From Octopus sinensis (taxonomy: Eukaryota), in the NCBI RefSeq assembly GCF_006345805.1, contig NC_042998.1, positions 153,946,001 through 154,010,000 on the forward strand: 64,000 nt of DNA, in the 5' to 3' direction. Below, in pieces: positions 38,000-49,796 of this stretch. The notes under the pieces are model-generated. The model was not told the DNA's origin. It saw only the letters and a program-made list of their open reading frames with translations, and searched no databases. The position numbers were made by a program, and so were the translations under genes. The stretch's first letter is position 1. Each line of letters opens with the position of its first letter.

Positions 38000-39075
38000 A
38001 GGTTCTAGGAGAAAGACTTCTGAATTAGGTGGTGGGTGAGTGTTGGGTAGGCACATCATGAATAACCAAGCAGCATAACTGCCCCATGCCAAAGATATAA
38101 GGCTATATAAAATAGCCAAAGAAAATGAAAATGTGAAAAAAGCACATTTTCACCAGCATTTGCCTAATGTAACCACTATTTAACATACAACATGAGAAAA
38201 GTGAGTTATTCGACATAATATGAGTGAGATGAAATGACATGAAAATTAAAGCCAGGAAAGAAAAGATGAAATTGCTTATTTGAACATTAGAACTGCTTAA
38301 CTTTACTATTTACTGCATAGCATGGAAATAAACAGGGTTTTATATATAAATGAATGAGATGAAGTGATGTAAGAATCCAAACAAAATTGAAAGCCAAAAA
38401 AAAGCACGTTTTAACTAGGATTGCTTAACACAGCTACTATTTAACTTATAGCATGGAAATATGCGAAATTTTAGACGTAATATGAATGAGATGAAATGAC
38501 ATGAGAATAAAGCTAGGAAAGAAACAATGAAATTGCTTATTTGAACATTAGGTTTGCTTAACTTTGCTATTTAACACATAGCATGGAAATAAACAAGGCT
38601 TTATAGATAATTTGAGTGAGATGAAATGACATGAGAATCAAAGTTAGGAAAAGAAAACAAAATTGCTTACCTTAACATTTCTTCTTCATACACGTCTATT
38701 TTGTATGACTAGAATTGCAAAAATGAGGTAGAACTTTAGGAAGCTATTTTACATGGAGTGGAGATAATACCCTTGTGCTGAAGTCAAAAGAGCCAACAGG
38801 TGTCATGAACAACCAAAGCAACATGGCTGCCCCAAGCCATATATGAGGCCATATAAAATATTCAAACAAAACGAAAAGCAAAAAAAAGCACATTTTTGCT
38901 AGGATTGCTTAATGTAACCACTATTTATATTGAAACAAGCAAGGTTTTAGAAATAATATGAGTGAGATGAAATGACGTGGGAATTAAAGCTGGGAAAGGA
39001 AAAAAAACAAATATGCTTATTTGAACATTTGTATTGCTTAACGTTACACATAGCATGGAAATAAACAAGGCTTTA
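38000..39075. repeat. Degenerate ~130-bp tandem repeat with a higher-order ~750-bp duplication
   Basis: tgagtgagatgaaatgac-like motif recurs near 38220, 38350, 38480, 38610 and 38960. Segment ~38060-38150 reappears at ~38805-38900. Confidence 0.8.
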
Positions 39076-39080
39076 TAGAT

Positions 39081-39292
39081 AATATTTAAAAGATTGATTG
39101 TTATGACTGGTCAGAGAAAGTGCTTAGCTGTATAAGTGACTTGTCAGACTCAAATTGCTAGAGGCACATAACCCCTCAAACGGCCTCCTGCCATTTGAGT
39201 CTGACAAGTCACCTATACAGCTAAGCACTTTATAGGTGCAAAAACAATGGTCACTCTGATCAGCCATAACAATCAGCTTTCTAAATATATTT
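39081..39292. repeat. Long hairpin / MITE-like palindrome
   Basis: Inner arms 39117-39155 and 39193-39231 (39 bp, 1 mismatch); outer arms 39081-39116 and 39254-39292. Confidence 0.85.
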
Positions 39293-39339
39293 CTGCTCTA
39301 TTTTAGGGTGTACTTCTTTTTTGAGTATATGAACTACTC

Positions 39340-40800
39340 GTCATCATGATTTAGTGTCTGTTTTTACATGCTGGTATGGGTTAGACAGTTTGATTGGAAT
39401 TGGTAAGCTGGAGAGGTGCACTAGGTTCCAGTCTCTTTTGGCTTGGTTTCTATGGCTGGATGCCATTCTTAATGCCAACCACTCAGTAGAGTGTACCTGC
39501 TACCTTTTATGTGTCACTGGCACAGGTGTCTTTGATGTGCTACTGGTACTGGCCATGACTACGATTTTTTTTTAGTTTGATCTGTCTTCACAAGCACTGC
39601 AAATCACCAAGAGTCTCAGTCACTTCTCATCACCTCAATGAATCTCAACATCCAACAATCATATTTTACCATTTCATCCCATTTCTTCCTGAGTTTACCT
39701 CTGCCACAGATTCCCTCCACAGTTAGAAATTGGCACTTGTTTATGCAACTGTTTTCATCCATATGCATTACATCACCATACCAGCATGGTCTCCTCTCTT
39801 GCACACTACATTTGATGCCTCTTATACCCAATTTTTCTCTTTAGATACCTAACTCTGTTGTACCTGCACTGTGACATTGCATGTCCAGCGGAACATGCTA
39901 GCTTCATTTGTTTCAAGCCTTCACATGTCTACAGCAGTCACAGCCTATGCTTCACTGCCATGTAGCGTGGCTGTTCATACAATCTACCTTTCACTCTTAG
40001 GGAGAGCCCCTTTATTACCAATAAAGGTAACAACTCTTTGAATTTCGCCCAGTCCATTCTTATTCTAGCAGCTATGTTCTCAGAGCATCCTCTTCCACTG
40101 ATGACTTGGTTACCTAGGTAATTGAAGCTATCTACTACTTCTAAATAGCCCCTAGGCATCTTATGGAGTCTATTCTTTGTACATTCCTAGTGTTTATTGT
40201 GCCTACACATCTACCACACAAAAACTACTTCCTCTGATATTGCTGCACCTCTTATGTGTTCATAGCTTGCACTAGGTATGCCTTATGGAATTTATACGTA
40301 CACCTTTTCTACATGTCGAGCAGGGCCATCTCCCTGAAGGGATTTGTGATTTGTCTGTTTTCCTACTTACTAAGACTTTGGTCTTTGCTAAATTAACTCT
40401 AAGGCCCTTTGATTCCAGACCTTAATTCCACACCTGGAACTTCTCTTGTTCTGGTAGTGAGTGAGCTATAAGAACAAGGTCATTGGCATGGAGAAGCTCC
40501 CAAGGGCAGCCTGACTTAAATTCCTTTGTTATAGCCTGGAGGACTATGATAAACAAGAGAGGGCTGAGAACCGATCCCTGGTGAACTCCTAACTGTACAT
40601 TGCTATACTCATTCTCAACTTTCACTTACTGACAGCATCCTTATACATGGCTTGTACAGCTCTCACCAACCACTCATCTATCCCTGGCTTCTGCATTGAC
40701 TACCAGATAAGGGTGCAGGGGACCATGTCAAGTGTTTTCTCCATATCAACAAAAGCCAGGTACAGAGGTTTCTTTTTGGCTAAGTACTTCTGCAGCTGCC
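39340..40800 (-). mobile_element. 5'-truncated degenerate RTE LINE
   Basis: LYLAFVDMEK, GVHQGSVLSPLLF, WELLHANDL, LEVVDSFNYLG, followed by the 3' UTR. Confidence 0.88.
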
Positions 40801-40946
40801 TTACCAGGAATATAGCAAACATACATATATATATACATATATGTATGTATGTATGTATGTATCGGCACCCCAGCCAATGCACCACAACTAATCACAGGCA
40901 TGGGTTTGTGGTAAGAAGCGTTGTTCTGTTCTGCATAGACTGTTGT

Positions 40947-40984
<38 letters not shown>

Positions 40985-40994
40985 CATACATACA

Positions 40995-41270
40995 CATACA
41001 CATATGTAAAGGCGCACAGCTTAGTGGTTATGGTGTTGCACTCGGTTTGATTCCCAGACCAGGCGTTGTATTGTGTTCTTGAGCAAACCACTTCATTTCA
41101 CATTGCTCTGCAATCATTTCAACATCTGACATGTGGCACCTGTTGCACCTGTACAGGTAATGTTGATTTGATGGGGGGGTGGATTGAGCTGATGTCTACA
41201 CAAACATTTGATCACTATAAACAAATCATCTGTGTGGTTCTTCAGTAAGAAATTGTTGAACCTTCATATG
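40995..41270 (+). mobile_element. tRNA-derived SINE
   Basis: cagcttagtggttatgg (A box), ggtttgattccc (B box), gtgttcttgagcaaaccactt body. Confidence 0.75.
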
Positions 41271-41489
41271 TCTTCTAACAATGGGAGAGTCTATCATCAT
41301 ATATACATGTGTGTGTGTATGTATGTTTATGTGCATGTGTCTTTGTGTCTGTGTCTTTGTGCCTGTGTTTGTTCCCCCCCCCCCACTGCTTGAAAGTCTC
41401 TTTGTTTTGTTTGGATTCTCACTTTATTTTTATCACAATCATATTATGTCTAAAACGTTGCTTTTCTTTTTCCATGCTATATGTTAAAA

Positions 41490-43660
41490 AGTAGTGTAGT
41501 TGACATGGCCATTAGAGAAGAGAAGGCTTAGAAGGACTGGAAGTTTGGTGGTAGAGGGAACTGTATCAGATAGCCAGAAGGAAGGCTTGGAAACAGATAT
41601 ATTTAGCCAGAGGAGAAGCAGAAAAGAAGTTTGCCTATGTTCTGTGGTGTGAGAACCAGAGACTTGAAGTGTTTTGGATTGCAAGTCTGCATGGATGATG
41701 GTGCACTTGGCATTTAGTAATTCTGCAAAGAAAGAGGAGGCTTGGAAATGCCATTATGAAAGGCTGCTAAATGTGGAGAATGCATGGGAGAAGGAGAGTC
41801 TGCCTAATGTAGACCTAACTGAGGGACCAGCTATCTGAATTGGCAGTAGATAAAACAATTAAGGATATGACGACAGGGAAAGCCCCTAGACCATCAGGAA
41901 TAACAGCTGAGATGCTTAAAATATCCAGCAGAGTGGGACATGGCTTAGTTACCCATATAGTTAATCAGGTTGACTAGTATTGCAGAATTATAGTCAACTG
42001 CTACAAAGATAAATGTGAGGCCTTAGACAGAAATAATTACAGAGGCATCAAATTGTTAGACTAGGTGATGAAAGTTGCAGAAAGGGTCATAGCTCAATTA
42101 ATTAGGAAGAGAGTTAGCATAGATGAGATGCAGTTTGGATTTGTGCAAGGCTGATGCTATATTTCTCGTTAGAAGTATTTAGCCAAAAATAAACCTCTGT
42201 ACCTGGGTTTTGTCAACATGGAGAAAACCTTTGACAGAGTCCAACACTCCCTTATCTGGTGGTCAATGCGGAAGCTAGGGATAGATAAGTGGTTAGTGAG
42301 AGCTGTACAAGCCATGTACTAGGATGCTGCCAGTAACGTGAAGATGGCAATGAGTATAGCAATAGATTCAGTGTACTTGTAGAAAGTTCACCAAAGATCA
42401 GTTCTTAGCCCCCACTTGCTTATCTTAGTCCTCTAGGCCTTAACAGAGGAATTTAAGACCGGCTGTCCTTGGGAGCTCCTCTACTCTGATGACCTTATTC
42501 TTATAGCTTACTCACTACCTAACCTAAAGAAGAAATCTCAGGTGTGGCACCTGTTGCACCTGTACAGGTAATGTACAGGCCTGGTATCTAAGGGCCTTAG
42601 AGTTAATTTAGCAAAAGCCAAAGTCCTAGTAAGTAGGAACACAGACAAATTGCAAATCCCTTCTTGGAGATTGCCCTACTTGATATGTTAGAAAAATGTT
42701 GGTAGAAACTCCATATTTTGTATCCAGTGCAAGTTTTACACACATAAGAGGTGTACAGTATCACAGAAAGGTTATTGGAAAATATAGTCTTTGTGTATGG
42801 CAAATGTGTAGGTACAATATGCACTAGCAATGTGCTCAGAAGGATCATTAGAAGTAGTAGATAGCTTCTGTTACCTAGGAGACCAAGTTAGCTGTGGAGG
42901 AGGAAGTTCTGAAAGTGTAGTTGCTTGGATAAGAATGGGCTGGGTAAAGTTCAGTTGGTAACTAAAGGCCTCTCCGTCAAAGTGAAAGGCAGATTGGATG
43001 ATGCCTGTGTATGCACAGCTATGTTACATGGCAGTAAAACATGGGCTTTGACTACAGAAGACTTGTAAAGGCTTGAAACAAATGAAGCTAGCATGTTCTG
43101 TTGGATGGGTAATGTCAGTGTGCATGCACGACAGAGTGTAAATGAATATAAGAGGTATCAGATGTATGCAAGAGAGAAGACTGTGCTGGTATGGCCATGT
43201 GATGCATATGGATGAGGACAGCTGCTTGAAGAAGTACCAAGTTCTATTTGTGGAGAGAATCTGTGTAAGGGGTAGACCCATGAAAATGTGGGACAAAGTG
43301 GTAAGAAAGAATCTTTGGATGCCTGGTCTCACTGACGAAATGACAGTGGACTGGAAATTGTACTTAAAGATGTGTCAAGCTAAGTAAAATCATAGGTGTT
43401 CTATGCATATAGGCTTGTCCGTTCAGGTGCCAGTACCATATAAAAAGCACCCATGCCTGTGCTGTGTAAATGCACCTGTGCTGGTGGCACATTAAAGGCA
43501 CCCAGCACACTCTGTTAAGTGGTTGGTGTTAGGAAGGGCATCCAGCTGTAGAAACCATGTCACAAAAGACAATTGGCATTGGACAGTTCCCCGGCTAGCC
43601 AGTTCCAATTCAAACCATCCAACCCATCCCAGCATAGAAAATGGACGATGATGATGATGT
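41490..43660 (+). mobile_element. 5'-truncated degenerate RTE LINE with (ATG)n tail
   Basis: Colinear with 34700-37305; QERRLCWYGHV, RGRP; atgatgatg at about 43648-43660. Confidence 0.88.
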
Positions 43661-45550
43661 GGGTGTCTTTTCAGAACATTGTCTGGTTTGAAAAGCCACA
43701 TCATATGTCATGAGGGTGCTAGAGTGTAGATACAGGAGGTGGTCAAACTCTGCATAAGGAGTAGACTACCACCACCATATATGTATATATATAACTACTT
43801 GGACTTTGGGTATATGTCTTTTAGTAGGTGGATTAAAGCACGTTCACCATTTGGGCGACCTGATATCATCTGCAGTAACAATATCATTTTCACTGGATCT
43901 ATGTCAGGAAATCCACAGTGTTTGTTGAGTTTATAATTGATGAAAGAAATGGAAGATGGATTTAATACAAATCTTTATTCAGCACGACAATCGTTTTGAC
44001 CTATTCTGCATCTTTTCCATTGGGGTAGGATATTGTGCATCTAGTTGTATTGCATCAATCAGTGCAGGCTGTGTCACTTCAGGTACTTGGTGTAGAAAAG
44101 GCCATCCCACTAGATATACTGAGTTCTCCTTGGCGTATTGTTCTTGCTAGTTGTACAGGGTAGGATAAGTTTGAGGTTGTAATCCACAAATGGTACTAGC
44201 CAGTTGACCATGAATATCTAACATGAATTAAGATTGTAAATGATAGAGAATAAAACCTACCAAAGAAAGTTAAGATTAAGAAAGATGGCTATACACTCTT
44301 TGACATGAACACATATATAGACGTACACACACACACACACATGTATGTGCATCGCCAAGTGAATGTCATTTTATGTGATGGTGTCATTAGCTGCAGACAT
44401 CTAGCTGTTATCTTGCACTCCACTGGGTAGCAGATCCCCAGTCAGTCATAGATGACTGGTTGTTAAGATGTTGGTTTGGCAGACACGCACACATGTACAC
44501 AAGTATTTGTTTACATACATAGATGCACACTTATGTATATATTTATTTTTATTTATATTTCTATTGGTGGGTTGGCATGCACACAAACTCATATAGACCC
44601 GTTTAAATACCTCTATATGCATAAATAAGTATATATCGGTGTCTATGTTACATTCAGATGCAGGGCCCCATAAATAAGTGTTTAATTATGCATGTAGACA
44701 CACTTATATGCATTTCACTCTGTACATCCATATATCAAATTACCCATAAAGCCCTCTTGTAAATGTCTATATTGCCTGTGTTAATTCACACCCTATTCAG
44801 ATGCAGGGCCCCATATATGTCTTTACACATGCAAAGAGATACATTCATATGCATTTCTGACTGTGCATCCATATATCTATCTAGACATGGGGCCCCCTTA
44901 TAAATGTCTACATTACCGGTGTCTATTAACATCTTATAAAGTGTATTTATATATTTAATCTACCACACACACCCCCAAAGACAAATATATTTATAATGCC
45001 TATATCTGTAGCTATAGGTGCATATTAATATACATTGGTGATACTCAGACTCACTCAGATAGTTACATATATAAACATACAGTAATCACGATGCATATTG
45101 TATAAACTAAAATTGGATGGACTCACTTGCATGCTTACATATATAATATGTAACACAATAATCACAATACATATCATATTAGGTTGAATTGCAAAAATTG
45201 TAGGTACAATTGTCTTAATAACATTCGACAAGAATCTCTATAACATGTTGGACAATATGGAGTTATATGGATCATCCATAATTAAAACTTTTATAGGTGG
45301 TCTCAGACCGTATTGTCTGGCTATATACATTAGTGGGATATGAAGTTCAGTCATGATTAATATACAACCTCTAAAGTAAAACATCTAACATAATACATTT
45401 AACACTTTGCAGGGATTGTACATACAATTGTCTTAATAACATTCAACAATAATCTTGATAATACTGTTCTATATTTAAGAGATGAGGAACTATGTACATT
45501 ATTTACATAATTTACAATTGACAGATATTTGTCCTCATCTTGTTTATTGT

Positions 45551-45594
45551 TAATACGTTTCAGCTGATATACTCTCCAGCCTTCATCAGGTGTC
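45551..45594 (-). ncRNA. Minimal hammerhead motif with intact core and damaged 3' stem I strand
   Basis: GACAC-CTGATGA-A-GGCTG GAGAGTATAT CAGCT-GAAAC-GT-A-TTA. Confidence 0.6.
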
Positions 45595-45812
45595 TTGGGG
45601 AAATTTTGAACCTGGGTTCTCATTCCTAAGGTATTTTTTGATGTTGTTGTTGTTATTATTATTATTATTATTCAGTTCACTACCTGGAATTGAATCAGAA
45701 TCTTGGGGTTAGTAGTCCGCACTCTTAACCACTAAGCCATATACCGTGTGTAGTGGTTAAGAGCGCAGGCTACTAACCCCAAGATTCCGAGTTTGATCCC
45801 AGGCCGTGCCCC

Positions 45813-45857
<45 letters not shown>

Positions 45858-45915
45858 TAACAACAACATTGAAAAATACCTTAGGAATGAGAACCCAGGT
45901 TCGAAATTTTCCCAA

Positions 45916-45961
45916 GACACCTGATGAAGGCTGGAGGGTATATCAGCCAAAACGTTGTGTT
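45916..45961 (+). ncRNA. Minimal hammerhead motif, G12 mutated to A in this copy
   Basis: GACAC-CTGATGA-A-GGCTG GAGGGTATAT CAGCC-AAAAC-GT-T-GTGTT. Confidence 0.6.
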
Positions 45962-46030
45962 AATAAACAAGATGAGGACAAATATCCGTTAATTGTAAAT
46001 AATGTAAATAATCTTGATATCATATTGGAT

Positions 46031-46421
46031 GGAAGCACTCCGTCAGTTACGACGACGAGGGTTCCGGTTGATCCGATCAATGGAACAGCCTGCTCGTGAA
46101 ATTAACGTGCAAGTGGCTGAGCACTCCACAGACACGTGTACCCTTAACGTAGTTCTCGAGGATATTCAGCGTGACAGAGAGTGACAAGGCCGGCCCTTTG
46201 AAATACAGGTACAACAGAAACAGGAAGTAAGAGTGAGAGAAAGTTGTGGTGAAAGAGTACAGCAGGGATCACCACCATCCCTGCCGGAGCCTCGTGGAGC
46301 TTTAGGTGTTTTAGGTGTTTTCGCTCAATAAACACTCACAACACCCGGTCTGGGAATCGAAACCGCGATCCTACGACCGCGAGTCCACTGCCGTAACCAC
46401 TGGGCCGTTGCGCCTCCACGC
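46031..46421 (-). mobile_element. Full-length tRNA-derived SINE with 14-bp TSD
   Basis: TSD ATATCATATTGGAT at 46017-46030 and 46422-46435; head ggaggcgcaacggcccagtggttacgg...ggtttcgattccc. Confidence 0.9.
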
Positions 46422-49400
46422 ATATCATATTGGATAATATGGAATTATATGGATCATCAGTAAGTATAACTTGTATAGGTAGTCTAGGACTGTATTGTCT
46501 AGCTATATGAATTAGTAGAATACAAAGTTCAGAGGCGCAATGATGTACAACCTATAATGTATAACATCTAACATAATACGTATAATACATTGCACATAGG
46601 CGCAGGCATGGCTATGTGGCAAGAAGCTTCCTTCCCAACCACATGGTTCTGGGTTCAGTCCCGCTGTGTGGAATGTGGCATCTTGGGCAAGTGTCTTACT
46701 ATAACCTCATACAGAGATTCTGCAGAGGACATTTCATTTTGTCCCTACATGAGCATTTGTTATTGATTGCTGTTGGTATCATTGTTCATGTTGTAATTAT
46801 TATGTTCTAGGTGGTTATTTTTGTTATTTGTGTTGTTGTGAATATTATGTGCAAGGTGGTTATTATTATTGTTGTCAATTGAGTTGCTGGATGGACCTCT
46901 GTTCTTTGTTGAGGTCTCATTGTTTATGTTACTCAACTGCTGATTTAATTTCCTGTTATTGATCATATATATGTGGTGCTCTAAGTTGGATGAATTGGTG
47001 TACGATACCTTGACAGTATGCTGGTTAAATATTTTGCTATATTTACTATATTTTGGGAAGCATCAATCTAGTGCTGTGAAAAACTGCTTTACAATCCTGG
47101 ATGAGACATGTGATCCCCAGATTGGGTTGTCCCATAAGATGTCTTGTTTTTTTTTATATTTGCTGTTAGGTTTATCTGTTCTGGTGTAAGGTGTGGTATT
47201 ATGATAATTTGATATGTTGTGTTTTGCTGTGATATTGTGGTGTATGCCTCTAGTAGTCTCATTTCCCATTAGTGCTTATTTGAGGATTTGAGTCTGTCAC
47301 ATTAGGGTGCAGATTTGTTGTTGCATGGCAGATATTGTATTTGGTGGCATTAATTTTGGAATTGGTTCTATTATTATTTTTACTTGTGTATTGAATTTTT
47401 GCAGTGTGCTCAATGGTGGCTAAAGTGGCATTATAGAGGGTGCATACTTTTTGAAAATTTCCTCATTTGCAGATAGCCTAGATATTCTAGCAGAAATATT
47501 ATTTACTAGTCCTCTTATTGTAGATGGTGAGTGATTAGATCTTACACTTATATACCTTAAATTTTTGTTGAGTTTATGAAAAGGCTAATATAACCCAGTA
47601 TTTAAGCTAAATGTGGCATCTAAGAAATTCAGTCTACGGTGTTCATTATCAATAGTTATGGAAAGTCCAAGGTTTTAAAGAATTTGAAGAATAGCTTTTT
47701 GTGCCTTTCTATAACTACTTTACTACATCTATTGAGGAAGAGTAAAGCATCATCTCTATACTGACCTCCGCCAGTTTATGGGAATGAGTACAGGATTAGG
47801 GATAGGATGTAGACTCTGACCAAGTTTGTGACTTATGTGGAGTCCGAGGATCCCATCACTATGTTGAAGGCATCCATTCTATCCAACATCTTCCATAGTT
47901 TTCCATCAAAACCTACTAGAGTGCCATGTGCCACATGTATAATATTTATTTCCTGTCTAGATAGATTTGAGTTTTTCCTGGCATAGATTAACTCTTTGTT
48001 AAGGAGGATTGGGTTTATATTAGTGTAATAGCTCTCAATGTCCAGTTGAAGGAATTTACTGTGTTTATTTATCTCTAGTTGCTTAAACCAGCCAAATACC
48101 TCCTAGGTGTCAGACAACAGTGCTAGTCTAATGTTTTATCTAAGTGTTGGAATTATCCTGTCTATAATTTACTTATTTTCCCTATGTCCAAGAGCAAATT
48201 AATCTAACAGAGGGGTTACTCTCAAAATTTGGCTTATGGTATTTTAGTGTTATCCAAAGTTTTCTAGATGCATATGGTTCAGTTCTATTGTCTATATCTA
48301 GATTGTTTATAATTTCTAATCCCCTTCTATTTATTCTATTTTGTGTATTGTCATTTAAGTGTCTATATCTACTACATAGTTCCTTCTTAATTAATTTCTT
48401 ATAAGGGTCAAAATCAACAATGTAAATATTACCAGTCATATCTGCTGGTACAAGTATACCTGGGGCTTTTTCAAACTCATCAAGTAATTTCCTTAATTTT
48501 TGCTGGTGTAGGTTCTTTCTTCTGGGATGTTTTCTAAATTCCACATTTTTAACAATGTTGTACAGTTCTTCTTCGAATCTGGCTGTGTTGGTTTGTCAGT
48601 GGGTTTTTCCTAGATTTAAATTCCTGTTTGAGTGTGTTGGATGATTTGAGTTTGTCCAGTTTAGTATCCATTCTGTCAAAAAAGAAAACCTTCCATTGCA
48701 TTCTGCAAGTGAATTGACTAGTTTTCTCAAGTGATCTTATGTATTCTTTCTTGCTGGGTAAAGGTATATCATCAAGTGAGACATCTAGTAGTAATATTTT
48801 TTCTGGCTTCCTTGGCGTATTAATTGATAGTACCTTCTTGTAGATCGGATGATGGTTTAGCTCTGTAACTATTTGGACTTTGAGTATATGTCTATTAGTA
48901 TGTCGGTTACAGCACATTCCCCATTTGGGCTACCTGATGTCATCCACAGTAACGATATAATTTTCACTGGATCTACATTAGGAAATCCGCAGTGTTTGTT
49001 GAGTTTATAATTGATGAAGAAAACAGAAGATAGATTTAGTATGAATATATGTATATGCTTTGTATAAAGCTGTAGAAAACTCTGCCCCAGTGTAGACTCA
49101 TGCAAACACGGAAAAGATGTTAAAACAGTGATTACAACAGTGGTGCTGCTGGTAGTGGTGATGATAAACTCATCCTTTGTCAAGCTGATTGACACAACAG
49201 ACTACAGCATATCACTCTGTGATTTTACACATAGTACATTATTTTGAGTGCAATTTGGAACATTGCTATACTGTGGGAGGGAATGGGAAAAGAATGTATA
49301 AACAATGTTTTGAAAAAATTTATTGGTAAGTTATGAAAACAGATTCAAACGCTTTCTTGTAGACATTTGTGGAAAAATTGTAGTGTTTCCAAAATAGCCT

Positions 49401-49796
49401 AACCAGATGAATGTGTCATCAAGCAGTTGATGGTGAAAGAAGCCAAATATCTGTTTTTCTTCTGGAACAGAAAAAGAATGAGAAGAGTCTAGTAATGAAG
49501 TAAGTATTAGATACACCAAAGAAATTTACAACTTGACTGTCAACTGAGGAATTCACTTCAAAAGTTTGGTTGTTAATGTTGAGTGATGTTCATGAGTTGA
49601 GGAAACCATATCTTCATGTAATAGAAAAGTAAAAGCAGTCTATGCTGGATATGTTTTCAAAAATACCTTCATCTATTCAGGCTCCTTCTTCTAAGCCTTC
49701 AATCTGTTACTGAACTGACATGCTTTGCTGCCACAACTCTGATGACCCTATTCTTTTTGTCTCCTCCTCAACTTCTTCAAAATAAATCAGCTCTAC

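Larger units (their letters stand above)
45461..46006. mobile_element. Head-to-head dimer of a tRNA-headed, (AAT)n-linked, hammerhead-bearing short element; 13-bp TSD
   Basis: AATAATCTTGATA at 45448-45460 and 46007-46019. The arms are reverse complements about ~45742. Confidence 0.85.
43792..49041 (-). mobile_element. Penelope-like element: degenerate RT ORF about 48900-46900, with its 5' segment repeated 5 kb downstream
   Basis: DDIPLPSKKEYIRS..RMQWKVFFF, ILVPADMTGNIY, LKYHKPNFESNPSVRLI, QLDIESYY, LNFLD, ILWDNPIW. Direct repeat 43792-43967 / 48866-49041. Confidence 0.8.

Noticed and set aside
45670-45812. Functional tRNA genes (also the other tRNA-like heads in the window)
   Set aside because: Acceptor stems are not intact, and all are fused to repeat bodies; they are treated as SINE-type heads.
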